DNA of 32,000 nucleotides from Candidatus Saccharimonadota bacterium (GCA_046350815.1 JAXLZO010000001.1:120001-152000); one strand, 5' to 3'; shown: positions 1 to 10,156, counted from the first letter of the stretch. The notes: generated by a model from the letters alone, not told the origin. Program-made: numbers and translations.

Positions 1-2
1 GA

Positions 3-944
3 GGGAGTGTTATGGCATGGATGCTCAATGGCGGTAAAGAAGATATTGGACGGAAAAAGGGCATAGATGTAAACGAAATAGAATCTATCAATTTTTACAA
101 AGCCCTCGACCGAGCATGGCAGATGAAACTTCGAAAATACGGAGCACGCAACCCATGACTCCATAAATTCTATCAGGAACGTATTATCCCATTCACAAGA
201 TGAGGTCAGAATTTCTCAGCCATATCACGAACTGATTTTAACAACAAGGTTTCCCATGCGTTGAATAATGTAGATAAGCATCTTGAGCTAAATACCATTT
301 TTTCTCAGGATCCACTACGAAAAAAAACATTTCTGAAGATCAAAGAAATTATGGGAGTCAATCAAGTTATTGCTGTTATGTACAGTGAAATGATTGACTC
401 ACAGAATCCCAAAAAAGCAAATACCTTCTTTAATTTTATTCTCAATAATGCGGGGGAAGAATTTCTTGAGCTTTTTCCAGCCATGTGAGATAAGTATCTC
501 TCATATGGCCCAGCACAGTTTACAAAGTTTACAATAGGAAAAGATGGAAGTGCTATTGCATTTCAAGATGATCATCTTAGCGCTAATATTATTGCAGAGA
601 ATATGCGAGATATCAAAAAACAAGATCACTACGAAGGTATCTACATTATCATGTTATCTTCACTTCAGTGACTCCTTCGTAGTTTAGATAAAAATGAAAT
701 ACGAAAACTTGAAAAGTATATTATACAATCCCCGGAAAAAGCACGAAATCTCCTTGTACAATATATAGCTGCCGCTCACAATGGACCAACTGCGGCAAAA
801 AGAGCTTTTATATGACATATTCATGCTAATATTCGTAACGACACATTGAATGTTCATGGAAGGAAAGAAGCCTCAAATAATGCAAAGAAAGCGAAAAAGA
901 ATGAACGAAAACTTTCACAAAGTTATCCACATCGAAATGGATAG
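3..944 (+). CDS. hypothetical protein, 5' end cut by the window edge (weak lytic-transglycosylase-like motifs)
   Basis: The frame is open from nt 3 to TAG 942-944 when the 5 in-frame TGA are read as sense. ORF-track piece 261..488 is its middle. SYGPAQFT and AAHNGPTAA loosely recall the SLT-domain GLMQ and AYNAGP motifs. Confidence 0.5.
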
Positions 945-958
945 CTAAATTAATATTT

Positions 959-994
959 AAAAACAATAACCAAGATTTCTTGATTATTGTTTTT
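959..994. terminator. bidirectional hairpin terminator between convergent genes
   Basis: aaaaacaataa (959-969) pairs with ttattgttttt (984-994). An inner caaga/tcttg stem adds to it. A and T runs flank both sides. Confidence 0.6.
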
Positions 995-1016
995 CGTAAT
1001 TCTTTGATAAATGAGC

Positions 1017-1901
1017 CTATCTCCTCTCCTTCCGAATCTTCTCCGAATACTGACTATCATTTGCAAACTCTTCCGAAAGATCATTGATCTGATAGTACTC
1101 ACGCGCCTCCGCAAGTGGCAATGAAGTATCAATGAGTCAAAGGTCATAAGCAATCTCATCAGAATGCGATGGAAGAAGGATTCTCTTGTCCCAACCAACC
1201 TTGTCTGTTCGGAGAGCATTCACATGACGAAGAATGCTCGTAGTGCAGGTATTCCAGATAGTATTATAGAATTCAGGTTCCTTTGTCAGTTTGTCCGCTC
1301 GGTGCATAGCCGAGAGAAACAGTCATTGCATCTTATCCTTGGATGTTTTGATTGGATACATATATACAGCATCTTTTCGATAGTTTGCACGTAATTTTAC
1401 CAAATCGTTCTCATCACCAACAATATAAGTAATTTCGAACTGATTCATCAGTCCTGGGAGAACATCGAATGACTCTCCTTTTTCCTTGCGAACTTCAGCT
1501 GAAACCGTCACAAACACTCCTCATGAAAATCAGAATGAGAGCATGGTATGAGCAGGTCCATCATGTCTGGAGAATGGTTCTATTATGTAGTAAACTGACT
1601 CAATCTCATCGAGATTATAACTACGATTATAATATCATGGAGTATAATCAGTTGTCGATCGATAGGTAAAATTTCGAACATTCTTCACATCCACAAGATT
1701 TCCAGAAAAGGTGATAGCTGGGAGTACAGCATGATCTGTGGCCCAGTCACGATACAGTGAAGGCTTCTGAGAGAGCCACCAAGCAAGTCCAACCGTGAGA
1801 GCAATCATCAAACTAACAAGGAATACTCGCTCCCATATATACCAGGTGGCTTTTACAAAAAAGAAAAGAACTTTAAGAATTTTTTTTAGAAGAGGTGGCA
1901 T
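1017..1901 (-). CDS. DUF4105-like membrane-anchored protein
   Basis: ORF pieces 1635..1901 and 1323..1517 plus the downstream stretch share one frame across 5 TGA and stop at TAG 1017-1019. There is an N-terminal TM helix. The pattern VRNFTY...HTMLSF...YNTIWNTCTT resembles the DUF4105 family as I remember it. Confidence 0.65.
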
Positions 1902-2010
1902 AAAATGAAATGGGGCTATTAATTTCTACACTAAAAAGGGACAAAATATGAAAAGTGTAGAGATGAAGAGAATTTTTGCAAAGGATTTATGAGAAAAATT
2001 GAAGAAATTA

Positions 2011-2040
2011 AAAAATCCCTCCAAATTTGGAGGGATTTTT
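2011..2040 (-). terminator. rho-independent terminator after rplL
   Basis: Perfect hairpin aaaaatccctcc aaattt ggagggattttt with flanking A/T runs, 10 nt past the rplL stop. Confidence 0.8.
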
Positions 2041-2049
2041 TTGAATCAA

Positions 2050-2430
2050 TTACTTGATTTCAATAGTTGCACCTGCAGCCTCAAGATCAGCCTTAATTTT
2101 TTCAGCTTCGTCTTTCTTAACATTTTCCTTAACATTACCACCATTGTCAGCAAGAGCTTTTGCCTCAGCAAGACCAAGACCAGTAATCTCACGGATAACC
2201 TTGATAACTGCGATCTTTTGTCCACCCGCAGAAGTCATAACAACATTGAATGAAGTTTTCTCATCAGCATCAGCACCAGCTGAAGCACCACCAGCTACTA
2301 CAGCAACTGGAGCAGCAGCAGAAACACCGAATTTCTCTTCCATTGCAGAAACGAGATCAGCAAGCTCAACGATCGTAAGACCTTCAACGAGCTCCATAAT
2401 TTTTGTAGCATTTGCAGTAAGATCTGCCAT
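2050..2430 (-). CDS. rplL: 50S ribosomal protein L7/L12
   Basis: 126 aa. It has the Ala-rich hinge and the C-terminal domain [24 protein letters not shown]...[19 protein letters not shown]. Confidence 0.97.
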   Translation of the reverse strand: MADLTANATKIMELVEGLTIVELADLVSAMEEKFGVSAAAPVAVVAGGASAGADADEKTSFNVVMTSAGGQKIAVIKVIREITGLGLAEAKALADNGGNVKENVKKDEAEKIKADLEAAGATIEIK

Positions 2431-2520
2431 ATTCGTAAAAATAAGAATAAATATATTAATTAAGAGAATGATTCTCTCATTTTTTCCCTCCAGAAATTCT
2501 GAAGAGAAATGATGAGCGAA

Positions 2521-3135
2521 CTATTCAGCTGGAGTTTCTTCGGTTGCAGTAGGAGTTGCTTCAGGAGCAACAGTTGCTTCAACTGCTTTTGGAGCACCTT
2601 GGAGATCGCCAACCTTTTTCTTGCCTTGAGTCTCAAGCTCAGTCTTTGCACCATCGAAGAATCGGGCAAGTCCAGAGAGAGGAGACATCATAGATCCGAG
2701 GAGTTTTGCAAGGAGAACCTCACGAGAAGGAAGTGATGCGATCTTTGCAATCTCATCAGCACCAACAATCATGCCATCAAAGAAACCTCCAACGAACTTG
2801 ATTTTCTCAGCTTTCTTGAATTCACGCTCATTAGCAAACTTATTCACCACAGAGAGTCCAGCAACCTTGTCACCCTTAGAGATAATGATCGCAACTTGAC
2901 CTGGAAGTGTATCAATATCAAGATCTTGACCGAGAATATTCTTGAATGCTATACGAATAAGCGTCTTCTTAGCAAGCATGAATACAGTATTCTGTGCACG
3001 AAGCTCACGCTTCATAGTCATAGTCTCAAGAACCGTGAGACGTTGATTGGAAGTGAATGCAATAGAAGTAGCATCTTTGAGGTGCGCCTCAAGAGTTGCG
3101 AGTACTTCTTCTTTTTTAGTACGAGTGATGGCCAT
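2521..3135 (-). CDS. rplJ: 50S ribosomal protein L10, with a C-terminal low-complexity extension
   Basis: 204 aa lying directly upstream of rplL. It has an L10-like N-terminus (TRTKKEEVLATLEAHLKD) and L12-binding helix region (REVLLAKLLGSMMSPLSGLARFF), followed by a roughly 40-aa A/P/T/E-rich tail. Confidence 0.93.
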   Translation of the reverse strand: MAITRTKKEEVLATLEAHLKDATSIAFTSNQRLTVLETMTMKRELRAQNTVFMLAKKTLIRIAFKNILGQDLDIDTLPGQVAIIISKGDKVAGLSVVNKFANEREFKKAEKIKFVGGFFDGMIVGADEIAKIASLPSREVLLAKLLGSMMSPLSGLARFFDGAKTELETQGKKKVGDLQGAPKAVEATVAPEATPTATEETPAE

Positions 3136-3289
3136 GTGGCGAAAAAGAACAAAATAAAATCCGCGTATCGCGAATGACTTAAGGTTTTTTGATTGTATCT
3201 TTCTTCAAAAAAAGAGAAGAAAAGAAATAATGATCAATACCATGTCTCGGTAGGACTTACATCTGCCTACGGTCTGCGACAACGTGGGT

Positions 3290-3316
3290 ATTATAGAGAT
3301 ATTTTTATTTTGTCAA
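3290..3316 (-). promoter_or_regulatory. candidate sigma70-type promoter for rplJ-rplL, followed by a leader of about 150 nt
   Basis: On the minus strand: TTGACA (3316-3311), a 15-nt spacer, then TATAAT (3295-3290). The spacer is shorter than optimal. Confidence 0.4.
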
Positions 3317-3321
3317 AAGTT

Positions 3322-3849
3322 CTACGCTACCTCGCGTTCTTTCTCAGCAAAATATCCATCAAATACCGTTGTATAGTCATCTTGCAGTTTAATGGTTTCA
3401 ATATCATTGAGATCAAGTCACTTTTGAGCAAGCCATTTACCAGTTTGACTATATGGTTTGATTACGATCGCGTGTAAATCATGATTATATGAAACAAATC
3501 TCGCACATTCAAAAATATCCGTGTCGGGTATTCATTCAAATATCATACTCTTTTGGCTGTGTAATTTTGCAACATCTTCGAAAAATACTTCATAAGAAGA
3601 AAGTCGATATTGACTTGCACTACTCATATCCGGTATACGGTCAAGCTCAGTGATTCTACGATGAAAGAAAACATCGATCGTATCATGAGTTATATCAAGG
3701 ACTTGCTCACAAGGAACAAAAACCATACAATCAAAGAAAAAATCTTTCATCGCATAGATAATATATCCAATGACTCAAGAAGATGCTATATATCAAGAAA
3801 TCGCTCGATCATTGGATATATGCACGCGTTGTAATCACAATAGTTTCAT
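3322..3849 (-). CDS. hypothetical protein
   Basis: ATG at 3849. The frame is continuous through 5 in-frame TGA (3835, 3793, 3775, 3532, 3418) to TAG 3322-3324. I recognise no family. Confidence 0.55.
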
Positions 3850-3923
3850 CCAAATTATTTCATGAAATTTCCAAGGATTATATAAGACGAGAAAAGAGAA
3901 TAAACTTTAATTTCAATATTCAC

Positions 3924-3953
3924 TTGCAAAATCTGTGTGTGTGTGTGTAGAAT
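3924..3953 (+). promoter_or_regulatory. candidate promoter whose spacer contains a (TG)7 tract
   Basis: TTGCAA (3924-3929), an 18-nt spacer, then TAGAAT (3948-3953). The spacer is mostly tgtgtgtgtgtgtg. Confidence 0.4.
3934..3948. repeat. dinucleotide microsatellite (TG)7
   Basis: tgtgtgtgtgtgtgt read directly from the sequence. Confidence 0.95.
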
Positions 3954-4017
3954 CTATTCGCTTTGTATCAATATGTTACGAGCAAAATTCAACACATACC
4001 AAGTAGGGAGGTGTGCG

Positions 4018-4248
4018 ATGTCACACAAAAGAAAGGGTCAGTCGACCGGTAGCTGGAAAGGCAAACGTGATAAACATGAAAGTGTTGATCACAATAGTGC
4101 CAGAAAGTCCGATGGTTGGATTGACATGGGAAAAAACACGAACTCGCAGCGCAATCAAAGCCGCAAGACCGATGCAAATGGTCTAACTGCCGAAGAGCGT
4201 GCCGTCCTCAAACGCGACCGTGAATGGCGTGAACGCAACGGCTACTAA
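4018..4248 (+). CDS. small highly basic protein (76 aa), unknown function
   Basis: A GGGAGG Shine-Dalgarno sits 6 nt before the ATG. There is no TGA and the stop is TAA. A hand count of 4141-4240 gives 57 G+C per 100 nt. A hairpin terminator follows. Confidence 0.6.
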   Translation: MSHKRKGQSTGSWKGKRDKHESVDHNSARKSDGWIDMGKNTNSQRNQSRKTDANGLTAEERAVLKRDREWRERNGY

Positions 4249-4278
4249 GTTCGTTGCGAGATGTCATACAGATGCACA

Positions 4279-4312
4279 AAATCCTCATTTAATCTAGGTT
4301 AAATGAGGATTT
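4279..4312. terminator. hairpin terminator between convergent genes
   Basis: aaatcctcatttaa (4279-4292) pairs with ttaaatgaggattt (4299-4312) around a 6-nt loop. Confidence 0.7.
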
Positions 4313-4336
4313 ATCTTATTTTAGACAAAAAGTACA

Positions 4337-5143
4337 TTAATGATGCCCACCTCCACCATGCCCATGATCCACCACAATATCCCCATGCGAGTCATGTCAA
4401 CCTCCATGATCATCATGTCCATGATCTCATCCGTGTCCACCGTCACCATGATCATCATGCGAATCATTCTTTCCGAGACGTTCACTCAGTGACTGAGAAA
4501 GTGATGTCACGCTCCCATGAAGTGAAACAAGAAAAGTAAGGATCAAAAGAGTGACGAGCGGACGTAAGAACTCTCGATACAGCCAAAATGCAAGACTGAT
4601 CAGGAGTACTTCTTGTGCATGTGAAGTAACTAATAGATACAACTGACTTGTTTTGAGCGTCTCTTGGTACCAAGAATAACCCGTGAATATTCCATGAAGT
4701 GGGGAATCACTCCAAATAAAGAGCCCTTCTGAGAGTGATACAAAAAGAAAAAGGAGAAGTATTCAAGTCAGAGCATACGTCAAAATATCTTCGATCAGTG
4801 CAGCAGTCGGATGAGAGGCTTGCTCTTTTGAGCCAAATCATTTGACCACACTTCCAATGGGGAAAGCAAAAAGCACAACATACGCTACTCGAGAAATCCA
4901 CATGTTCGACTCACCTGAAAGTCAAGATACAACCGTAGGATCAACGGGGATATGAGCAATACCTATCAGTGTAAAGTAGATCAGTATTCACGTAACGAGA
5001 CCAAAATAGAACGAAGTGAGTTTCTCGGTGCCAATCCAGAACTTCACCCCAAGAGCTACGAAAAAAGCGAATATCAAAATATAGGAATCACTCATGCTAA
5101 TTCGCAAATAATCCGAGATTGTCAGGGCGAGAGAATCGAACAT
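4337..5143 (-). CDS. polytopic membrane protein with a His/Asp/Gly-rich C-terminal tail (putative metal transporter)
   Basis: One frame runs from ATG 5143 (or TTG 5188) through 6 in-frame TGA to TAA 4337-4339. It contains several hydrophobic helices. The tail reads DSHDDHGDGGHGGDHGHDDHGGGHDSHGDIVVDHGHGGGGHH. Confidence 0.65.
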
Positions 5144-5228
5144 GCGAAGAAATTTGATATCATTATAAGATTCGATGGGAATTTTCAAATTTGTTTGTCA
5201 CGTAAAAATTTTGACTACAATATCGGCT

Positions 5229-6707
5229 ATGACTCTCTATCAAAAATACCGTTCAAGAACATTCTCCGAAATCGTCGGACAAGAGTTTGCAAAACGAGCA
5301 CTTCCCTACGCACTCTTAAACAATAAGCTTGTCTCAAGCTATCTGTTTTGTGGTCCACGTGGTACCGGAAAAACATCAACCGCTCGTATTCTTGCAAAAT
5401 CGATACAATGTCTGCATCTCTCAGAAAATGGAAATCCATGTCTCACCTGTAGTCACTGTATTGGACATCAAGAAGGTTCATTTATCGATACGGTCGAGCT
5501 TGATGCCGCCTCCAACAATAGTGTTGATGATATACGATCTATTATCGATCATGCGGAGTTCATGCCAAGTGTTGGAAAATACAAAGTCTACATTATCGAT
5601 GAGGTGCATATGCTCTCAGGAAGTGCATTCAATGCATTTCTCAAGATTCTCGAAGAACCTCCAGCTCATGTCAAATTCTTACTCGCAACGACAGAACCAC
5701 ACAAACTCCCAGAGACGATCATATCTCGAGTGCAGAGATTTGAATTTCGAAAATTCTCACGCCAAGAAATCATTGACCATCTTACATTTATTGCATCACA
5801 GGAATGAATCACTACCAATCAGGAATGACTGGAACTCATAGCACGTCTGAGTGATGGTGGTATGCGAGATGCCATATCGATATTTGAGCAATATAGTATC
5901 ATGTGATCGCTCGATACTGAGGCGATTCACCAAGGCTTTGGCACCGTCAAATGAAGTGTTCTCAATGAACTCACGAATACCTATATCAAACGAAATATTG
6001 TTGAATACCAATCACTCGTCACGAAAAATGTCGTGAATTCAAAGCGACTCATCGAAGATTGGATCGAATATTGCAGTAAAATACTTCGCTCAAATCCAAA
6101 TAAAACCGTAACAAATGAAGTGATCAATCTTGCTGCGGATCTCATCCGAGCAAATTTGAGACTCAAGCAAATCCCATTCAGCCAACTTCCACTTGAACTC
6201 CTTATTCAAGAACGATGCTTTGGGAAAAATGATGGAACTATAGTTCCGGTTGCCCCATCAGGAAATAGCATATGAACAAGTAACTCTCAGCAGATCCCTC
6301 AAAAAATCGAACCAACAGAGCAACAAGAAACTATAAAAAATATGAACGAGAAGAACATAGAACCGATAAAAAATCCTCCTGTATCAACAGAAATATTATC
6401 CAACGAAGAAAAAAGGGCTCCTGTCCGAGATTTCAGTGTTATGGAATTTATTCGTTTCATCGATAACTATGAGAGTGTTCATCCAACACTGAAAGCAATC
6501 ATGAAAAAAACAACATTCACCTTTCATGACAAGAAACTCGCTATTTCTCACGCTAACAAACTCGAATACAACAAACTCGAAGAACCAAGGAACAACGCGC
6601 TTCTCAAACAAATACTCGATGAATTTATGGGAGTATCTACTGAACTAGAAATTATATTTCTCTCAAAAGGAAAGATCAACCCAAATATCGCAAATGATAT
6701 TTTCTAA
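5229..6707 (+). CDS. dnaX: DNA polymerase III subunit gamma/tau
   Basis: It has a Walker A motif (GPRGTGKTS), a Cys zinc module (CLTCSHC), DEVHML and the sensor SRVQRFEF. ORF pieces 5175..5807, 6033..6275 and 6342..6707 share a frame across 5 TGA. Confidence 0.9.
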
Positions 6708-6735
6708 CTCACCACAATCCACCCCGGCTTCACCA

Positions 6736-6851
6736 CCCCTCAAGAGGGGAAGAATATAGAATACAACTCCCCCTCAACGAGGGGAAAAACGAGCTTTCGA
6801 GTAGGGGAAGTCCGTATTCTATCATCCTGAATTCATTTCAGGATCTACTAT
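6736..6851. repeat. intergenic nest of short palindromic modules
   Basis: Hairpins cccctc-aa-gagggg (6736-6749), cccctc-aac-gagggg (6770-6784) and atcctgaa-ttcat-ttcaggat plus ctactat (6824-6851). The same modules recur at 12501-12976. Confidence 0.8.
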
Positions 6852-6906
6852 GATCTATCAAGATAGATACACATCTTCATGAGAATAATAACAGTACCAT
6901 CCTAGT

Positions 6907-7917
6907 ATGATCAACCCAACATTTTATCGCTCTCTTCTTGATTGGTATGAAAAAAATGGTCGAAACGATCTTCCATGGAGACAGTACGATGAGGATGTTA
7001 CATTGAGAAGTTATCATGTCTACCTCGCAGAAATACTCCTTCAACAAACCCAAGTATCTCGAGTTTGTGAATATTACACACGAATACTCACAGACTTTCC
7101 AAAGATAGAAAATCTCTCAAATACTGATTGGGAGCAATTTTACCCGTATTATGATGGACTCGGATACTATCGTCGCGGGAAGAATATACTACTCGCAGCA
7201 AAGAAAGTGTGTAGTGAGTTTGATGGTACATTTCCAAATGATTATACCAAACTCATCTCACTTCCATGAGTAGGAGACTACACAGCTCGAGCGATACAAT
7301 CTTTTGCATATGATAAGAGTGTGCTTGCATGGGACACCAATGTTGAAAAGATTATGCGAAGAATCCTCAATGGATCACAATATATACCCTTACGACCATG
7401 AATCCGAGAGCAGATAGAAGAGGAATTTGCACAGATGGGATTCCCTGGAAGAGCCATTAATAATGCTCTCATGGATTATGGAAGTAGTGCAAATAAGAAG
7501 AATTATCAAACTCTTGAGAAAGAATGACTCTTGCTGAAATACGGACAATTTGAAGAGAGTCTTTGAACTACCGAGATTGCACCCATACGAGAAAAATTCA
7601 CATTCCCGACAAAAGACTCTGTGATTCGAGCTATACTTCACAAGGATCATAAGCTCTACTATGTAAATCCCGAGAATAATGAGATATTTTTTTCAATACC
7701 ACCCCTCGCACTCTCGTGAGATACGGACCATAGAAGTACACTAAAAAAATACTTTCTCGATACTTATGGACTCGGTGTATCTGTACGCCCCATTCATGCA
7801 AAATATTTCCTGAATGATGCACCAATCATCGAAGCCTATGTGCAAGTCCAGAGTGGACAGGTCATATTTGAATCAAGAACGAAAGATATTTCTGATTTTT
7901 CTGTGAAGAAAGCATAA
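6907..7917 (+). CDS. mutY: MutY-like A/G-specific adenine glycosylase (HhH-GPD plus a C-terminal NUDIX-like domain), lacking the Fe-S cysteines
   Basis: Motifs: LPWRQ, EILLQQTQV, the HhH LPGVGDYTARAI with no Lys, and the catalytic Asp in WDTNVEKIMRRI. The frame is continuous across 5 TGA to TAA 7915-7917. Confidence 0.78.
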
Positions 7918-7979
7918 GAAAATTCGACACATTGTTTTTTCGAGTATACTCTCTGGGTATACTTTTTTTCTATTTCCGT

Positions 7980-9989
7980 ATGCGATCTCTTATCGCCCAG
8001 ATAGTTCGTACGACTCCAATTTTTGTCGTGATGACCCTCGCTACCATGCTATCATTCTCATCAGCCTCAGCTGAGAGTGTTACGAGCATTGATTCTTGTC
8101 AGGTGCTCTCACAAGCTCTCGCAAAAGCATCTTCTGGTAAAACCTACTACGGTGGCTATCCTATGCCATATGCTCAGATAAAAATGGAAAATGCAAGCAT
8201 GGGAATCGGTGGTGGCTGAGATTCCATATCTTCCACCTATACCAGAACAACTGGTATTGATGAAGCTGATTCTATGAAAATCACCAAAATGTATCTTGCA
8301 AATATTTCTCAGAGTGGAAGTGATACAAATATTGATATTCGCGATCACAAAGGTGGACTCATAAGTCGACTTGATCGGTCATTTTTTCAAGTACCAACTG
8401 ATCAATATTATTCGATTCAGAGTATCCTCGCAACTGATAATCGCCTCGTAGTTATCGGTGATATGCCTACTGTATCAGACAATAAAGATATCGCAACCAA
8501 GAGAATGATGCCAATATTCTATGCAAACAAAAGCGTCGTCCATATCTATGATATGAGCAATGCAAAAACGCCGAAACCCCTCAAACAAATCACTCTTCCA
8601 TACTATAGCCAACAAGTATACCTCAATAAAGATACACTTCTCATAGCAACAAATGGTACCAATACCTACCAAGCAGATACAGGAAAGTACCCACTTCCAC
8701 GAATCATCGAAACACAAGACGGTAAAACAAAGACTCGCGTTATCAGCTGTGGAAATTATCAATTCTTCTCAGGTGCTCTCGAGAGTACAAGTCTACCGAA
8801 TCTCACAACGATTCTCACGCAAGATATAGCAGATACGACAAAACCGGTGAAGGATTCAGGGTTCATTGGATCCCCAAATTCTACCTACTTCACTGGTGAC
8901 AGACTTTTTGCAAATCTTATGCGAGATCGAAGTACAGCTAACTCTTGTCTCCCAGGAAAGATGTGTGCTACGATCTGGAATCCAACGATCATGAATACTG
9001 ATATATACGGATTTGAACTCAAGAATGGCATCTACCAACTCCAAGCTCGCGCGAGTGTCATTGGGCGAGTAGGGAGTGATTATTCTATGAACTTGAAAGA
9101 CAATGTTCTCACTGTCATCTCAGAAGAATCAAATATAGGATGACGACCGGCTGCAACTCGCCTCTCAACCTATGATGCCAAGACCCTCAAGAGACTCGGA
9201 ACGGTGAGTAATATTGCCCCAGGTGAAACACTAGGTGGAGTCAAATTCCTCTGAGATAATGCATATTTTATCACCTATCGACAGACAGACCCAGTATTCA
9301 AGGTATCTCTTGCAAATCCAGCAAAACCAAAGATTCTCGGTGCACTCAAAATTCCAGGATTTTCCAACTATCTCATCGAATATGATAAAAATCATATCCT
9401 CGCTGTAGGTATGGATACCAAGACATCTACAGGAGAATGGGGAGAATTTACCACCAATCTTGGTATCAAGCTCGATCTCTACAATGTTGATGGAACAACT
9501 CCAAAACTCATATCCACCAAGACCATCGGACAAGAATGATCTTCACTTGGATTCTATGACCCTAAAGGTATGATTTGGGATGGCTCCACCAAGATGATCT
9601 CGTTCCCAGCAACTCTGAGCTACACTGGAACGGAACGAAGCAAAAATATGGTAGGTGGAATCACACTCCAAGTATCACTCGATAAAGGAATAGTAATAAA
9701 AAATCTTCTCCGTGTCGATACCGATGACAATCTCAAAACATGGTTCGATACTCAATGTGGTAAAGATATATACCCAAATGAAGATGATCGTCCTGTCTGG
9801 TGTACACGAGATTTTAATGTAGACAACGTTCGACAGAACCGCTTCAGCTCATATCAATATATGTTCTCGACCGATCGTATTGCTCGATCTGATGATCAAT
9901 ATTTTCTGAGATCCTACGACAAACTTTGGACATTTGACACATCAAAAACAAGTCCGACAAATACTTACAACGCGCAACTTGTAAAATAA
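7980..9989 (+). CDS. secreted beta-propeller domain protein (PF09826-like)
   Basis: There is a signal peptide (cleavage around ASA|ES). The stretch DNAYFITYRQTDPVFKVSLANPAKPKILGALKIPGFSNYL is typical of the beta-propeller family as I remember it. ORF pieces 7932.., 8274.. and 9570.. share a frame across 5 TGA. Confidence 0.7.
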
Positions 9990-9996
9990 GATCACA

Positions 9997-10034
9997 ATAT
10001 AAAATTCCTCTCAGATCTGAGAGGAATTTTATAT
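9997..10034 (+). terminator. rho-independent terminator
   Basis: Perfect 38-nt palindrome atataaaattcctctcaga|tctgagaggaattttatat. Confidence 0.8.
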
Positions 10035-10156
10035 TTGAATGAATATAGGATCAATGAGCAAGTGAATCTTGGCAATATCCGACACTTTATAAGGGATTTA
10101 TATTGACATGTATGAGCTCTATCATATGATTTCCGCATATTTCTTTTGTTTCTCCT

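Noticed and set aside
2054-2512. A 152-aa plus-strand ORF, with others at 2509..2736 and 2896..3177, overlapping rplL and rplJ
   Set aside because: They are antisense shadows of the strongly supported ribosomal protein genes. Their translations are low-complexity Ala/Ser-rich mirror sequences.
4303-4539. A His-rich 78-aa plus-strand ORF
   Set aside because: It is the antisense reading of the His/Asp/Gly-rich tail of the minus-strand membrane protein, and it lies partly over the terminator.
6400-6520. A-rich runs in dnaX (gaagaaaaaaggg, atgaaaaaaaca) as a programmed -1 frameshift site producing gamma
   Set aside because: In the reading frame, neither run forms an X XXY YYZ slippery heptamer. 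Both also lie far downstream of the position where the tau/gamma split is expected.
5175-6707. Apparent fragmentation of dnaX, and likewise recJ, miaB, rnr, argS, secY and mutY, into several short ORFs, which suggests pseudogenes or frameshifts
   Set aside because: All fragments of each gene share one frame and are separated only by TGA. Those TGA fall on conserved Gly positions, so this is recoding rather than gene decay.
6853-6868. The near-palindrome atctatc-aa-gatagat upstream of mutY as an operator
   Set aside because: It is short (7 bp per arm), occurs only once in the window, and lies within a repeat-rich spacer, so there is not enough evidence.
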